Origin: Octopus vulgaris
Taxonomy: Eukaryota
Length of the DNA: 64,000 nt
Direction of reading: 5' to 3'
Assembly: GCA_951406725.2 (NCBI GenBank)
Contig: OX597825.1
Span: 10,292,001-10,356,000 of the forward strand
Positions 1-14,446 of this stretch are shown here, piece after piece (position 1 is the stretch's first letter; every line of letters begins with the position of its first letter). Under the pieces are notes generated by a model. The model worked only from the letters and a program-made list of their open reading frames with translations, had not been told where the DNA came from and did not search any database. Made by a program: the position numbers and the translations under genes.

Positions 1-139
1 AATTTTTTTTAGCTCGTTCTGAGATGCGTGGTTTGGTCCTGAAGAATATGTTTCAGTATTTCTCAACTTATGAAACTATAAGTTGCGTTTAGATACATTT
101 ATTGTGCCCTTTAAGTAAATAAATATCACACACACACAC

Positions 140-179
<40 letters not shown>

Positions 180-181
<2 letters not shown>

Positions 182-478
182 CTTATAAATAAGGACAAAC
201 GAAAAAAATTTCTAATGCCAAATATGCCGAAAATTGGACATATTGTCCATTTACCATATAATTTTTTCCCAGCACGCACGCTACTCGAAAAAAGGTCGAC
301 AGAAGTCTCTAAAAAATCCATTATTACCATAATTTTTAGAAATTTTTTTAGAGATTTCTATCGACCTTTTTTCGAGTAGCGTGCGTACTGAAAAGAATTA
401 TATGGTAAATGGACAATATGTCCAACTTTCGGCATATTTGGCATTAGAAAATTTTTCGTTTGCCCTTATTTATAAGTT
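180..478. repeat. Long imperfect inverted repeat (~135-bp arms, ~25-bp spacer) next to (TA)n
   Basis: AACTTATAAATAAGG...CTCGAAAAAAGGTCGA (from 180) is mirrored by TCGACCTTTTTTCGAG...CCTTATTTATAAGTT (ending 478). Confidence 0.92.
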
Positions 479-1310
479 GTTTATAATTTAACCTTTAAAG
501 GTAATTTTTAATATGCTGGCCATTGATAAATTTTTTTTTTTTCGAAAAAATTCTATCCTACATTAGATATATATATATATATATATATACATCCGTAAGC
601 GTTTTCTATGTATATATGTATGCATGTATTACGTATGTATGTGTGTGTATGAGTGTATGTGTGTGTGCCCGCGTGCGCAGCGTGTGTATAAATGCACACA
701 TATCTTTCCAGAAGGTTTTCTTTCACGATTGCCCTGATTTGCTCGAAACCCTAAATTTATTTCGTATAAGATCATATTAATACCTATATCCATTGCTTCT
801 ATATCTCATCTGATGTATGTCGATGTACTTTTCAACAAAATTCTTGATATAACAATTATTTGCTTGAGTCTGTAGTAGACTTTTCCTGCTTCAAATATGG
901 ATATAATAAAATTAGTAAATGATTAAAGCTGATGTAATGTGCTGTGCGAAGGGATAACATAGGAATGAGATTGAGTTCGTTTTCTTATCTACTTCAAGCA
1001 ATTCAAAGCACAAGATCTGTTTATCAGTTGAACAGATTAGTTTCCTCATAAGAAAAATGCATCTCTTTCTTAATCAAACTTATATCAACAAGTAACATGA
1101 TACCGCTTACGTACCAACATACATTCACAAAGATATGTAGACGCCAGGTCGATAAATACGTCATGTGTCGAATATATATGCACGCATACTTACATATTTA
1201 TATAAAGAGAATGAGAAAGAGAAAGAGACAGAGAGAGAGAGAGAGAGAACAATACCTATAGAGAGACTGATAGACAGACACGCAAACAGACAGCAAGGCA
1301 GACAGAGAGA

Positions 1311-1311
1311 C

Positions 1312-1397
<86 letters not shown>

Positions 1398-1454
1398 GTA
1401 GGTAGGTAGGTAGATAGGTAGATAGACAGACAGCTAAGTTAAAAGAAAGAAAAT

Positions 1455-1500
<46 letters not shown>

Positions 1501-1598
1501 TAGATAGATAGATAGGTAGGTAGGTAGGTAGGTAGGTAGGTAGGTAGGTAGGTAGGTAGGTAGGTAGGTAGGTAGGTAGGTAGGTAGGTGGGTAGATA
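1311..1598. repeat. (GATA)n / (GGTA)n tetranucleotide microsatellites
   Basis: Direct reading; source of the YLSI/YLPT pseudo-ORFs. Confidence 0.97.
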
Positions 1599-1737
1599 GA
1601 CAGAGACAAAGATTCGAATAAAGTCATGTTTGACACGTTCAGTTGTTATCAGCCGTGATAACACCTGACACTGCAAGAATATGTCCCGTGAGAAAATTCT
1701 GCATGTAGACATTTTGCACACACACACACACACACAC

Positions 1738-1792
<55 letters not shown>

Positions 1793-3508
1793 TACGTAAA
1801 TGTCGATCAATAAAAATGAGTGCTCAACACCGCATTGGTGGATATAATTTCTATATTTGTGAATTAAGGCTACCATTAGTTTCAAGATAAGAAAAGTAGG
1901 AAAATATCCGAGTGTTTTAACAATTTTTCAAGCCGAACACATGAAGAAAGGCGTTCGCCTCCATTTTAGAAAACAGTCTCGTGTAACTCATGGGTGTTCT
2001 CGTGGATTCGCGTGAATGAAGGGACGTTACCCTTGTGTGGAATTTTGGGATGTTTGTCTCCCTTGGGTTTGTTTTTTGGGAATTTTTTTTGTGTGGTCAG
2101 TTTGTTGACATTATTTTGTTTTTGTTCTAGGCATGGTGTTCTTATACTTGTGTGCTGAGGTAGTTTGTCACTGGGGCATTTTTTCTTTGTGTGAGGTTTG
2201 TATACTATGTGTGTTCACGTTTAGGAGTGGAGTGCTTTACTGGTGGGGTTACCGTTGCAGATAATGGCTCTTCTTTGAAATATTTTAGTGTAATAAATAT
2301 TGTTTGTGTATGTAGGGAGAGAAGGTTTCACCCCTAATGTTTATAATGTTATTTGTTGATTGTATAATGTTTGGAATTCCATCATCTGTATTTTTTTAGC
2401 TTTAGCAATAATTTTCCAAGAAATTAAAATTTTTACCATTAAGACTATTCTGCAGAGACCTAAATAAGCGAAAATCCGAAGGAGCAATATTTGGTGAATA
2501 TGGAGAGTGGGGTAACACATCTCAGCCGAGCTGCAGCAATTTTTGTCTGGTTCCCAAAGCATCAAGTGCCGAAAATGAACTTTCTTATATTCCATTTTAA
2601 AGGGTTTACAGAATTAACACAGGTTATAGGTACATAAATCTTCTTCCACGAAAAGATAGCTTAAACTGTGCTCTAAATGGAGGTGTAGTCAAATCCTATT
2701 TTATGGACTCAACCATGTTCTAAAATAAGTCGAAAAGTAAGCTACTATAAATCGGCACGAACTTTCCGGACAACCCAACGCTTTGTCTTCTATTTCAAAC
2801 TTTGTGGTTAGATATTTTGCTTCTATATAAATTGAATTATAAATAGATTTAGTTATATAAATAAATACGCAATAAACCTACACTCACACACACATATACA
2901 CACTACACACACACACAAACATAATGATTCATGCAATGCGACATTTGTACACGCATACACGCACAGAGAGGTGCGCATGCGTAAATATAGAAACCACCTT
3001 CCTTTCACACATGCGTATTCAGTAACCAAATATTAAAGAAAATAAAGACGTGATCAATCGATTTTCTTGAAAACTCAAATGGCTGTTGTTGTTGTTTTTG
3101 TTGTTGTTGCTGTTGTTGTTGTTGTTGTGTGTGTGTGTGTGTGTGTGTGTGTGATGTAACCGTGTAGATACGCGTGTGATTATTTTGTTTCGTATAAAAA
3201 CACAAGTCAATGATTTCTCAAGAGAAAACTTGTTGGAATGGAAAAAAAAAACAAAAAAAAAACAGAAAGCAGCAAACTGATAGCAGAGATAGTCCACGAC
3301 GCAATTCGAATACCCCCACTTACCCAAATAATCAATAAGGATCGTGATTGGGTGATTGATATCTTAAAATATCTTTTACTTGATGACCATCTCTATACAT
3401 ATATATATATATATGGGAATGTCAAAGTAATTGACACACACACATATTTTTCTACATATATATATATATGTATATTTATCAAAATAAAGACATAATGCAA
3501 AGGATTTA

Positions 3509-3595
3509 GCGGTACATATGTTTCGGGCCTTTATTAGACGGTTTATAACAATGCATAATTGATGTAAATGTGTGTCTATAGCCTTCTTCAGCCGC
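3509..3595 (-). ncRNA. Type I hammerhead ribozyme motif with long helix II
   Basis: Minus strand: GCGG-CUGAAGA-AGGCUAUAGAC...GUCUAAUAAAGGCCC-GAA-ACAUAUGU-A-CCGC; helix I GCGG/CCGC, palindromic helix III ACAUAUGU, GUA triplet. Confidence 0.75.
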
Positions 3596-3726
3596 GTACA
3601 ATTACTACTTCAAGGACATGTATTACATTATGAGTTTTACGTTGGGGTTGCAAATCCTGATAGTCGCGCACGACAGAGCGAGGCACCAGAACAAAATCAA
3701 AGCGTCCATCTCGTTTTTCATTAATT

Positions 3727-3852
<126 letters not shown>

Positions 3853-3894
3853 AATTGATTAATATCAATTTCTACCCTTATTATTTAATTCATA

Positions 3895-3948
<54 letters not shown>

Positions 3949-4152
3949 CGTGTGTGTGTGTGTGTGTGTGTATGTGTGTGTGTGTGTGTGTGTTTTATTA
4001 TCCTCCATTACGTTTTTGTTCCATTTTTATATTCATATACACATACAGTGGCGTACGTACACACTTGTGCTCACCTTATAGTAAGTATCTAAATTTTGTA
4101 CGACTCTTACACTCTATCTTTTAGTCACCCTCATAATTTCCTCTTTTCTTTT

Positions 4153-4194
<42 letters not shown>

Positions 4195-4749
4195 CTTGGC
4201 CTTCTTTTTCTTCAACTCCCACTTTTCCTCCTCCTTTATCTCCCTTGTACCTTTCCCTTTGTCTCTTTGATTTTTTTGCTAATCCTTCAACCCCGCTGCC
4301 TCCAAACCATTATCTCCTCCTTCCACGTGACCGGTGTCCGACCAGCCACGAACTTTCTTTCTTGTCCTGACTGCCGAAGCCAACAACACCTCTTATGTCC
4401 ATCTCCTATGTTCTTGCCTTTGGGCTTTCACTTCATACACGCCAACTCAATTTGATTCGTTCTCAGTCGAAAGACACCTGTTGTTATATTCTTGTTGTTT
4501 GTATTTGCAATTGTGCATCATGCTCTCCACTTTTTTGTCTTTGTTGCCGTGACACATTCGCTAGCTTTCTTACAAAAAATCTAAAGCTCTTACCTTAGAC
4601 TTTTATGAGTGCAGCCTGATCGAACTGTCTCCAGTGTAACTCCTTGAAACAGTAACTTGACTGAAGAAAGAAGGCCACGAATGAACCGTCCTAATTGTTT
4701 TTTCTCCTGTCCGCATTTGTATCATCTATCTGTTTCAATGTTTCATTGT

Positions 4750-4807
<58 letters not shown>

Positions 4808-4899
4808 CATACATACATGCATACATACATACATATATATATATATTCTTTTATTTGTTTCAGTCATTTGACTGCGGCCATGCCGGACCACCGCCTTTA

Positions 4900-4970
4900 G
4901 ATGATGATGATGATGGTGATAATGATGATGATGATGATGATGATGATGATGGTGATAATGATGATGATGG

Positions 4971-5024
<54 letters not shown>

Positions 5025-5051
5025 GGAGGAGGAGGAGGAGGAGGAGGAGGA
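4900..5051. repeat. (GAT)n followed by (GAG)n trinucleotide microsatellite
   Basis: Direct reading. Confidence 0.95.
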
Positions 5052-5871
5052 GAAAGTTGACTATTATGATATTGGTAACTTTGACTTGTTTTTTGATTAC
5101 GTGACTTCCCCTCCCCACATGAACTTTTACGTGAATCGTGTGTGTGTTTATGTAGGTATTTATGTGTGTGTGTATATTTCTTCATATTTGTATATGCATT
5201 TACAACTAAGCATGTGAATGTGACTGAGCACATGTTTGTGTGTATGTGTGTATATATGAGCATACAGTAAAGTATGAATGATGAATGTTAATTAAAAAGC
5301 TATTACTCTCTTCTTATTACAAGTCATGTGATATGATTCCCGCTAATCACCAATCAATACAATGAAATTATAAGAATCCGTAAAATATTCTGTTCCAATG
5401 CTACGGAATCAAATAATTAACCTTTATCCCGTCACAACTAATAACTTCTGCCGTCAACTCAAGGTTATGTATTTGGTAGTATTTTGCTTAGATCGAGCAT
5501 AGGACAAGTCTACCAAGTTCGCTTAACATGCTGCGCTGCGCTGGAGAAACATTTAAGACATCGATTTGATTCTGGCTGAGCTGCAAACAACAAAAAGGAG
5601 ACACTCAGAAAAATGTGCATGTATAGAACTCTGCACGTGATTTGTCACATGTGATTGTCGGAATATCTCGGAGTTGCCTTTCAGTGAGTAAATTCTCTTC
5701 TACTCTAGGCATAAGTCCCGAAGTTTTGGGAAAGGGAGCCAGTCGATTAGATGTACTTAATTTATTGACCCCAAAAGGATGAAAGGCAAAGTCAACCTCG
5801 GTGGAATTTGAACTCAGAACGTAAAGACAAACGAAATACCTCTAAGCATTTCGCCCGGCCTGCTAACGTTT

Positions 5872-6095
5872 CTTATTCTTTTATTGTCTACAAGGAGCTA
5901 AAAATAGAGGGGACAAACGAAGGTAGTAAGTTGATTACATCGAAGCCAGTGCGTAACTGGTACTTAATTTATCGACCCCGAAAGGATGAAAAGGCAAAGT
6001 CGATCTCGGCGGAATTTGAACTCAGAACGTAACGGCAGACGAAATACGGCTACGCAATTCGTCTGGCTTGCTAACGATTCTGCCAGCTCGCCGCC
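5872..6095 (-). mobile_element. tRNA-headed SINE, family A (a partial copy precedes it at ~5700-5870)
   Basis: Reverse complement of the recurring unit GGCGGCGAGCTGGCAG...GAGTTCAAATTCC (B-box-like)...GCCTTTCATCCTTTCGGGGTCGAT...CCCCTTGTGGG. Confidence 0.88.
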
Positions 6096-8259
6096 TTAAA
6101 GTCAAGTGACTGCTTCTTATTATATCTACTCCATCTGGTGTACAAATAACACGATCTGGATTTATTTGATGTTATAACAAAGAGGAATAGAAGTCGATAC
6201 TGTAATATAATTCAGCAGCGTTTTAGTGGTTTTGCTATTTCACTGCCTTTTCAACTTCGAAATATTTATTGCATTCTTTAGTTGGAAATGAGATGTCTCG
6301 ACATCTCATTCCAAGCTCTCAGCAGTTATAATTAGATCGCTACAAGGGTTAGCAGTGAGACAATATATTTTAAATTGTTCGCCACAAATAATTATTGTAT
6401 TAGTTAAAGTATTACTGTGTAGTTACAATTATTCATAAATCAATTAGAAATAGATTACCTGAGCCGTTGAGATTTCGCTATCTTGGCCATGGATATAGTG
6501 CAGTGTCAGCGATAGCCCAGCTCTCTCATTAAATCGACCAGCAATACGGTTTGTTGAGAGAGACGCAAGACAGATTATAAATAATTATCCCACGACACTC
6601 AGATAATAAATTTTATGATGAAAGTTCTGTATCTAATAAATGATTAAAGCCTATCGATTCCTGAAAATCGAAGTCTGGGAATTGTGTTGGGCATTAGAGA
6701 ACTAAGATAAATGCCTACAAGCAGGTTTGCTGGGAGCTAACTACTCACGCTACCGTGCTCGTCACAAAGCGGATAATTGACAAAGAATTATGAGTGAGTC
6801 ACTTCGGAAGTTATTTGCTGCTGGTTTTCATTATCCATTATTAAAGAATCACCGAAAGCAAACAAATATCAGAAGAAAATCAGATCGATATAAAACTAAT
6901 ATGGACTTCTGAAATCGTTTGAAATACACATTAAGAGTTCTAGGACTGTCAGTAAGATACATAAAGGTCATAAGTAAGACGGACATCGAAGGTATCGGTT
7001 ATATCTAATATAAGGCTTTAGGAGCATTATTCAAATAAATATTTTAATTACAAATTGCTAGTCATTCATGTCTGCCATAAAACACAGGTAACACATGTTT
7101 GCTTGTGTTAAATTATTCTGCTGCAACTGAAATCACAAAAACTACCCTATTCAAGGAAGCTGTTGGTTTCATCAGAGATTTTAATGATGTCAATTCGACT
7201 CTCAGATATTCCTTGAAAATATTCTTACTTGTCAGTCGATTATTAATTTTAATGCTTACTTATTATAGGCCGTTCCTTTTATCTGTTATAAACACTGTAC
7301 TGATGCCAAAAGTCTGGGATATCGATTCCCTTTCGCAACATTATTGGTGATAATAACGAAGTCTTATAATAATCAACTAGTCACTTTCTTCAGCTAGATT
7401 TTGGCCTCTAAGAGAGAACAGTCATCGTCAGTAAAGTGGTTTCGATCCCCAACAGCAGCCGTTTCCATGAGGTAGCATTGAACAATACTTTTAGCATTTG
7501 AGGTAAACAGGGGTGACGGACCTGGTCGATACAAGGATCTGATCTGCACTAGACACTCTATAATGGATCCAACATCTATGACATTCAATAAATATTTAGG
7601 TTCTCTTGAAGCCAGTTTCGCTTTATGTACATTTAAAATTATGACTTTTTCATATTTTATTTATCATATCGGTTTCAAATTTTGGCGCAAAGTCAGCAAT
7701 TTTGGAGAGAGAAGTAGTGGTGGTGGTGGTGGTGGTGGGGATAAATCGATTACAACAACCCCGTGCTCAATTGGTACTTATTTTATCGATCACGAAGGAT
7801 GAAAGGCAAAGTCGACCTCGGCGAAATTTGAATTCAGAACGTAAAGACGGACGAAATGCTGCTCAGCATTTTGTCCGGCGCGGTAACAATTCTTTTCCAC
7901 TATAGGCACAAGGCCTGCAATTTGAGGGAGGGGATAGTCGATTTCATCGACCCCAGTGCGTAACTGGTACTTTTTTCATTGACTCCGAAAGGATGAAAGG
8001 CAACTAAAGGCAGCTCGGTCCGGGAACCAAACTCCCTACTTTATGATTATGAGCCCGACGCTCTAACCACTGTGCCACGCACCTTCACTAACGTAAATAT
8101 TGGAAAGTACAAACAACAGAAGTAAAATGTTTCGAACTTTTCGACTTCATCGTATTCATATCACGGTCGAAATCTTCTCGTTTTAACTTACTTCCTTTCT
8201 AGAGATCAATCAGCTAACGATAGTAATACACAGGGAAAACAATCTAGTCATATTTTACC

Positions 8260-8843
8260 TATTTCTTTATTACCCACAAGGGGCTACACACAGAGGAGAC
8301 AAACAAGGACAGATAAACGGATGAAGTCGATTAGATCGACCCCCGTGCGTAACTGGTACTTATTTAATCTACCCCGAAAAGATGAAAGGCAAAGTCGACC
8401 TCGGCGGGATTTGAACTCAGAACGTAGCGACAGACGAAATACGGCTACGCATTTCGCCCGGCGTGCTAACATTTCTGCCAGCTTGCCGCCTTTTCTAGTC
8501 ATATATTTCTTTACTACCCACAAGGGGCTAAACATAGAGGGGACAAACAAGGACAGACAAACTGATTCGACCACGGTAGAATTTGAACTCAGAACGTAAC
8601 GACAGACGAAATACCTATTTCTTTACTACCCACAGGGGGCTAAACACAGAGAAGACAAACAAGAACATACACACTGATTAAGTCGGTTATATCGGCCCCA
8701 GTGCGTAACTGGTACTTATTCAATCGACCCCGAAAGGATGAAAGGCAAAGTCGACCTCGGCGGAATTTGAACTCAGAACGTAACGGCAGACGAAATACGG
8801 CCACGCATTTCGCCCGGCGTGCTAATGATTCTACCAGCCCACC
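8260..8843 (-). mobile_element. Two adjacent SINE-A insertions (8260-8490 monomer; 8505-8843 dimer with internal deletion)
   Basis: Family A sequence; target sequence TCTAGTCATAT(TYTACC) repeated at 8243, 8494 and 8852. Confidence 0.88.
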
Positions 8844-9341
8844 TTTCCTTTTCTAGTCATATTCTACCAAAACAATCACCCACTCCTCACGCACACACAC
8901 ACACACACCAAACAAGTCATGTGACTTGCCAAATAGACAAAAAAAATATTTAGTTGAAGTCATTGACAAGTGACACCTTTACTGTATCTTTACATGCAAG
9001 AATCAAAAGATAGAAATCTCCAGCTTCATTACAAACCACGCAAAATTAAAAATTAAACTTGATAAAATATAATTTCTGACATGAAAAGTGTAGCAAGTAT
9101 CGATACAAAATTTAAACATTACTTATCGATTCTATCTAATATCAGTTAATGAATATTCATAAATTTAATTTTCCTCTTCTTTTTTTCTTCATTAATCATC
9201 TTAACTTATTTAAATTCTATCTTTTAATTTCCCAATGTTTTCTTTTGGTTTTCTTGTTGTTTTGGTGTATATTTGTTTATAAATTTTGATAATGTATTAT
9301 TGTATCTGTTTTGGGGGTTGTATGATTGCATACATACATAT

Positions 9342-9390
<49 letters not shown>

Positions 9391-9544
9391 TACACAAATA
9401 GGCGCACGTGCGCACACAGTACACATACACACACACATACATACATATATATACATACATAGATAACTACATATATGCATAATGTATACACACATGCAAG
9501 TATATATATATATATATATATGTGTGTGGGTGTATATATGTATG

Positions 9545-9597
<53 letters not shown>

Positions 9598-10440
9598 GAG
9601 ACAGAGAAATAGAGAGAGAGAGAGAAAGAGAGAGAAAGACAGAGAGAGAAAGACAGAGAGAAAGACAGAGAGAAAGACAAAGAGAAATACAGAGAGAGAG
9701 AGATAGAGGAGGAGGAGGAGGAGGAGATATACAGACTCGCACCTGATGAATTTGCAAGTGAAGAATGAAAAAGAACTTTTAGTTTCATACGCATTTTTTT
9801 TTCTTTTAAAGATGATTGATAAATAGCTTTCATCTTCAAATATAATTAATTGGTTATGATGATGAGGATGAGAGGGGGAGAAGGGGGAGGAGGAGGAGGA
9901 GGACATTGAAGAAGAAGAAGAAGGAGGAGGAGGAGGGAGGAGGGAGGAGGGAGGAGGATGAAGAGGAGGAGGGAGGAGGAGGAGAGTAGCAGCGGCAGAA
10001 GTAGCAGCAGCAAGAACATCATAATAACATAAAGCCGAGTTTTGAATATAAAAAAATATTTGTATAATTTGTGTTTACTGATAACCCTGAACTTAATCCA
10101 AGAGGAACGTCTGAGAGCCATTCGGATTCCATAAATTTACCAATTTCATGGCATTTTTTGGATTCGCCTCCGAACTGCGCCAGATAATAACAGCATCAGC
10201 TGAATGCTTTTGTTTTCACATACAACTGCACACAAACACAAACACATATTATTTCTGTTAGCTTGGCATAATTGTTAGAATTGGTCCAGAACCGTTACAT
10301 TTCTGAGTTCAAAGCCTGCTGAACTCTCTTCCGTACTTCGTTATTGTAGAGTCGATAAGCTAACGTACCAGTTAATTACTGGGATCCATGTAATCAACTA
10401 ATTCGCTTCCCTAAAATTGCTGGCCAAAATTATTATTATG

Positions 10441-10515
<75 letters not shown>

Positions 10516-10518
<3 letters not shown>

Positions 10519-11312
10519 TAGTTTTATTTTTATAGCGTGCTTTCACTTTACTACCGAGCGCAGCTCTGTGTGCCTTAGGTATGTGCTGTGGTTTGCTGTG
10601 ATGCTCTTATGGTTACTGAATTGAAAGTGTTTTGCATAGGATGTGTGCAGTGCCTAGTAGTGCAATTTTCTGTATGTTATATATCTTCTTGTTATGTATT
10701 TGAATATTTTTTATCATACCTAATGTTTCTGTTTTTAGATTCCACATTCGAGTTAGCTCCATTTCCAGGTCTTTGTATTTTGAAAGTTTCTCCATTTAAA
10801 GAAACGTTGTTGTCTGCTGGTATTGATACATCAGTTAGAAAGCATTTTTTCTTCATGATCTCTGACAACTATATCTGGTCTATTAGCCTTAATTTCTCTG
10901 TCTGTCTGTATTAGCATATCCCAGAGTATGGCTGCTTTCTCGTTTTCTGTAACCTTTTCTGGCATGTGCCTATACCATCTTTTTTCTGTTGTTATTCCAT
11001 AGTGTTGGCATAGCTTCCAGTGTATGTAGGCCCCCACTCTGTCGTGTCTGTGAATATATTCCTTCTTAGCCTCTGGGCAGGAAGAGATAATATGATTTAT
11101 TGTTTCTTGCCCATCACATATTCTGCAGTTACTTGTTATGTTTCTCTTCATTATACGTTTTTGGTAATTTCTGGTGAGTCTTTGGTCTTGTGCTGCAATA
11201 AAAAATTCTTCAGTCTCTGCTTTGAGTCCTGAGCTCCTCAACCATTGCTGGGATTTTTCTCTGTCTATTTCTTTTGCATTTAGTTTAGCCCAGTATTTGC
11301 CATAAAGGGGCT
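10516..11312 (-). mobile_element. R4/Dong-like RLE non-LTR retrotransposon, 3' part (frameshifted), ending in (TAA)n at 10432-10515
   Basis: ORFs 10831-11388 and 10613-10795: LKAETEEFFIAAQDQ, CRIC...ETINHIISSC zinc knuckle, YIHRHD, ILWD, NRPDIV, EKLSKYKDL, LLGTAHIL; typical restriction-like-endonuclease C-terminus. Confidence 0.9.
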
Positions 11313-11456
11313 TTTCTAGCGTTGGTCTAATAGGGAAAAGCAGGAAAGGCCAAAGGGAAGGAGGACGAAGCAAGAAATAAATCGCCAATAGTCCACATGC
11401 TGTTACATTCTTGAAGTGCTTCTTCTTTCTTCCCTTTGGAATTTCCTGTTTTTCCT

Positions 11457-11491
11457 GTTTCCGAAGAAGAGCTATGCTCGAAACGTAAAAT
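11457..11491 (+). ncRNA. Minimal hammerhead-like motif (CCGAAGA core variant)
   Basis: GUUU-CCGAAGA-A-GAGC-UAU-GCUC-GAA-ACGU-A-AAAU; loopless palindromic helix III ACGU. Confidence 0.55.
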
Positions 11492-11521
11492 AACTACTCT
11501 TTTCCTTCTCCGAGCGTCGAA

Positions 11522-11706
11522 TTTATTTCTTTAATGCACACAGGGGCTAAACAGAGAGGGGACAAACAAGACAAAGACAGACAAAAGATTAAACCGATTA
11601 CATCGACCCCAGTGCGCAACTGGTACTTATTTAATCAACCCCGAAAGGATAAAAGACAAAGTCGACCTCGGCAGAATTTGAACTAACGATTCTGTCAACT
11701 CGCCGC
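11522..11706 (-). mobile_element. SINE-A (internally deleted) inserted into the hammerhead-bearing element
   Basis: 15-bp TSD CCTTCTCC(G/T)AGCGTC at 11504-11518 and 11707-11721. Confidence 0.85.
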
Positions 11707-12245
11707 CCTTCTCCTAGCGTCATTTCAATACTTTCCTTGTGCTACGTCTTCACGTCTCCTTGTTTTTTCTTTCTTTATCCCTGTTTTCTTTTCTCTTTTT
11801 TTTAATTTACTATTTACTGCACGCTCACACGCACCCACCATCTTTCCGACTGTTTTGGAGTATCTGATTCTTAGCCTTCACTCTACCATTGGATTACATC
11901 ACTTTATTCAATCGGAGTACGCAATTTCTGGACCTTTGATTTTATATGTGTGTGTATATACATATATATATATGAACTATATATAATTTAATACTGGTGA
12001 AGACGAGATTGTATGGTTAAGAATGTCATTTTGTAACCAAGTATTATCCTGAACCATCACTATGTGCTAACATAGTTTTTCGCAAATATGTATGAGACAC
12101 TTAAAAATGGTTTGAAACATCAATGTCTCCAAGGTTCACATCTGTGTGTGGATGTGTGTGTGGGTGTCAGTGTGTTTGTTTGTATTTTTGAAGCGCATAC
12201 ATGCATATACATAAAATTATATAATACGCAAACACACACACACAC

Positions 12246-12311
<66 letters not shown>

Positions 12312-12432
12312 TATACATATAATATACATATATAAATAAATATATACATATATATATATAACAGAGTATTATATATATTTACATATATAATAGTATATAA
12401 TATAATATATACATAAACACACACACAGACAC

Positions 12433-12479
<47 letters not shown>

Positions 12480-12606
12480 GGCACATACGCACACACATAC
12501 ACACGCACGCATATATATGTATACACGCATATATGCACATGTAGTAGAACAGGATGTGTGTATGTCCATATATGTGAGCGTATAACATTGACGCAGTTTT
12601 AGTTTT

Positions 12607-12681
<75 letters not shown>

Positions 12682-13015
12682 TGTATGAATAAATGTATTT
12701 GTCTAAATTGGCTAAATCTAATTTTTCATTCATTCTCTTCTTCATATTCTCCTTTAATGTTCCTTGTGTGTGCGTGTGTGTCTGTGTGTGTGTGTGTGTG
12801 CTCGCGCGTACGCGTATGTCCGTGTATTGCGTTTATAGTTGTTGGTAATGTTTCCGTTGAAGGTATTTATAATAAACTTTGTTCTTCTTTCGTGTAATTG
12901 TGTGCACGTGTGTACGTATGTTAACACACACAAACACACGCACACACATACACACACAGCACATTTATCGTATAAATTTGCGTGCATGTGTTGCTATAGC
13001 TGAGGCCATACAAAT

Positions 13016-13069
<54 letters not shown>

Positions 13070-13169
13070 GTATATATATATACAGAAAGAAAGACAGTGT
13101 GAGAGAGCGAGGTAGATAGATATGAATGTATATGTATATTATGTATATATATATTAACACAAATATGTT

Positions 13170-13217
<48 letters not shown>

Positions 13218-13288
13218 TATTGTAACAAATATGTGCTTGTGTCTGTATGTATATGAGTGCGTGCATATATATAGATATACTCATGTAC

Positions 13289-13347
<59 letters not shown>

Positions 13348-13584
13348 TATATTTATATAGAGAGAAAGGGGAGAAAGAGAGGAAAGAAGAGAGAAAGAGG
13401 CGGGTTAGATAGATGTATAACCACATCTCTGCTTATTTAACGTTCGCACGTGTGTCTGGCCGTAGGAAAATATGCATGGAATTGTATTTCTGTTCACATA
13501 ACGTTTAAATACATTTCCATATTAATATATGACTATATTCTTAAGTGCAAATTGATGTTAATATAAACACGAATGTCATGCTGT

Positions 13585-13586
13585 AC

Positions 13587-13641
<55 letters not shown>

Positions 13642-13718
13642 ATGTATTATATATATATATGTAGTATATATATATGTATTATATATATATACATATAATA
13701 TGTATATATATATATATG

Positions 13719-13796
<78 letters not shown>

Positions 13797-13832
13797 TATG
13801 TATATATATATATATATATATTATGTATGTAT

Positions 13833-13904
<72 letters not shown>

Positions 13905-13919
13905 TATATATATATGCAT

Positions 13920-13954
<35 letters not shown>

Positions 13955-13972
13955 GTATGTATATATATATAT
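13585..13972. repeat. Long interrupted (TA)n/(TATG)n microsatellite; similar blocks at ~38415-38716, 45325-45535 and 46692-47140
   Basis: Direct reading. Confidence 0.95.
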
Positions 13973-14446
13973 TTACACACACATACAATTGTATGTATGT
14001 GTGTGTCTGTGTGTTCATGCAGGTTTATGTTTATGTATGTACGCATGTATGATGAATTTATATGTTTTAATTTGTGCTTAACGGAGAGGTTACTTTAAAA
14101 TACTCGCAATTTTTACGTGACCCACCAAAATCAATTTTCAGTCGAACATTTCGGGGGAAATTGTAATTCAGTGTACATAATAAACAAGATTTGAAGCAAG
14201 TTTGATATGTGCTATGCTTGAAAATCTCGGCAGTGGAGTCAATTTTGTAAGTTTCTGCCAATTAAAAATAATACAAAAATATATATATATTCACGTTTGT
14301 AGTATATTTCTCCTACGCGTTGTACCATATGTATACATGCATACGTCTAGATATGCAACTTTATGCATGAGAATACATACATAAAACATACAAATCTGCA
14401 CATACATACATATATACACAGATACATACATGCATACATACATTAC

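Noticed and set aside
1900-2600. Penelope GIY-YIG endonuclease remnant (SWKIIAKAK on minus)
   Set aside because: Only one short motif, with no following CxLC or other conserved residues visible.
7394-7588. 64-aa ORF as a gene
   Set aside because: At most an eroded LINE RT (QG.PLSP-like) scrap; too short and degenerate to call.
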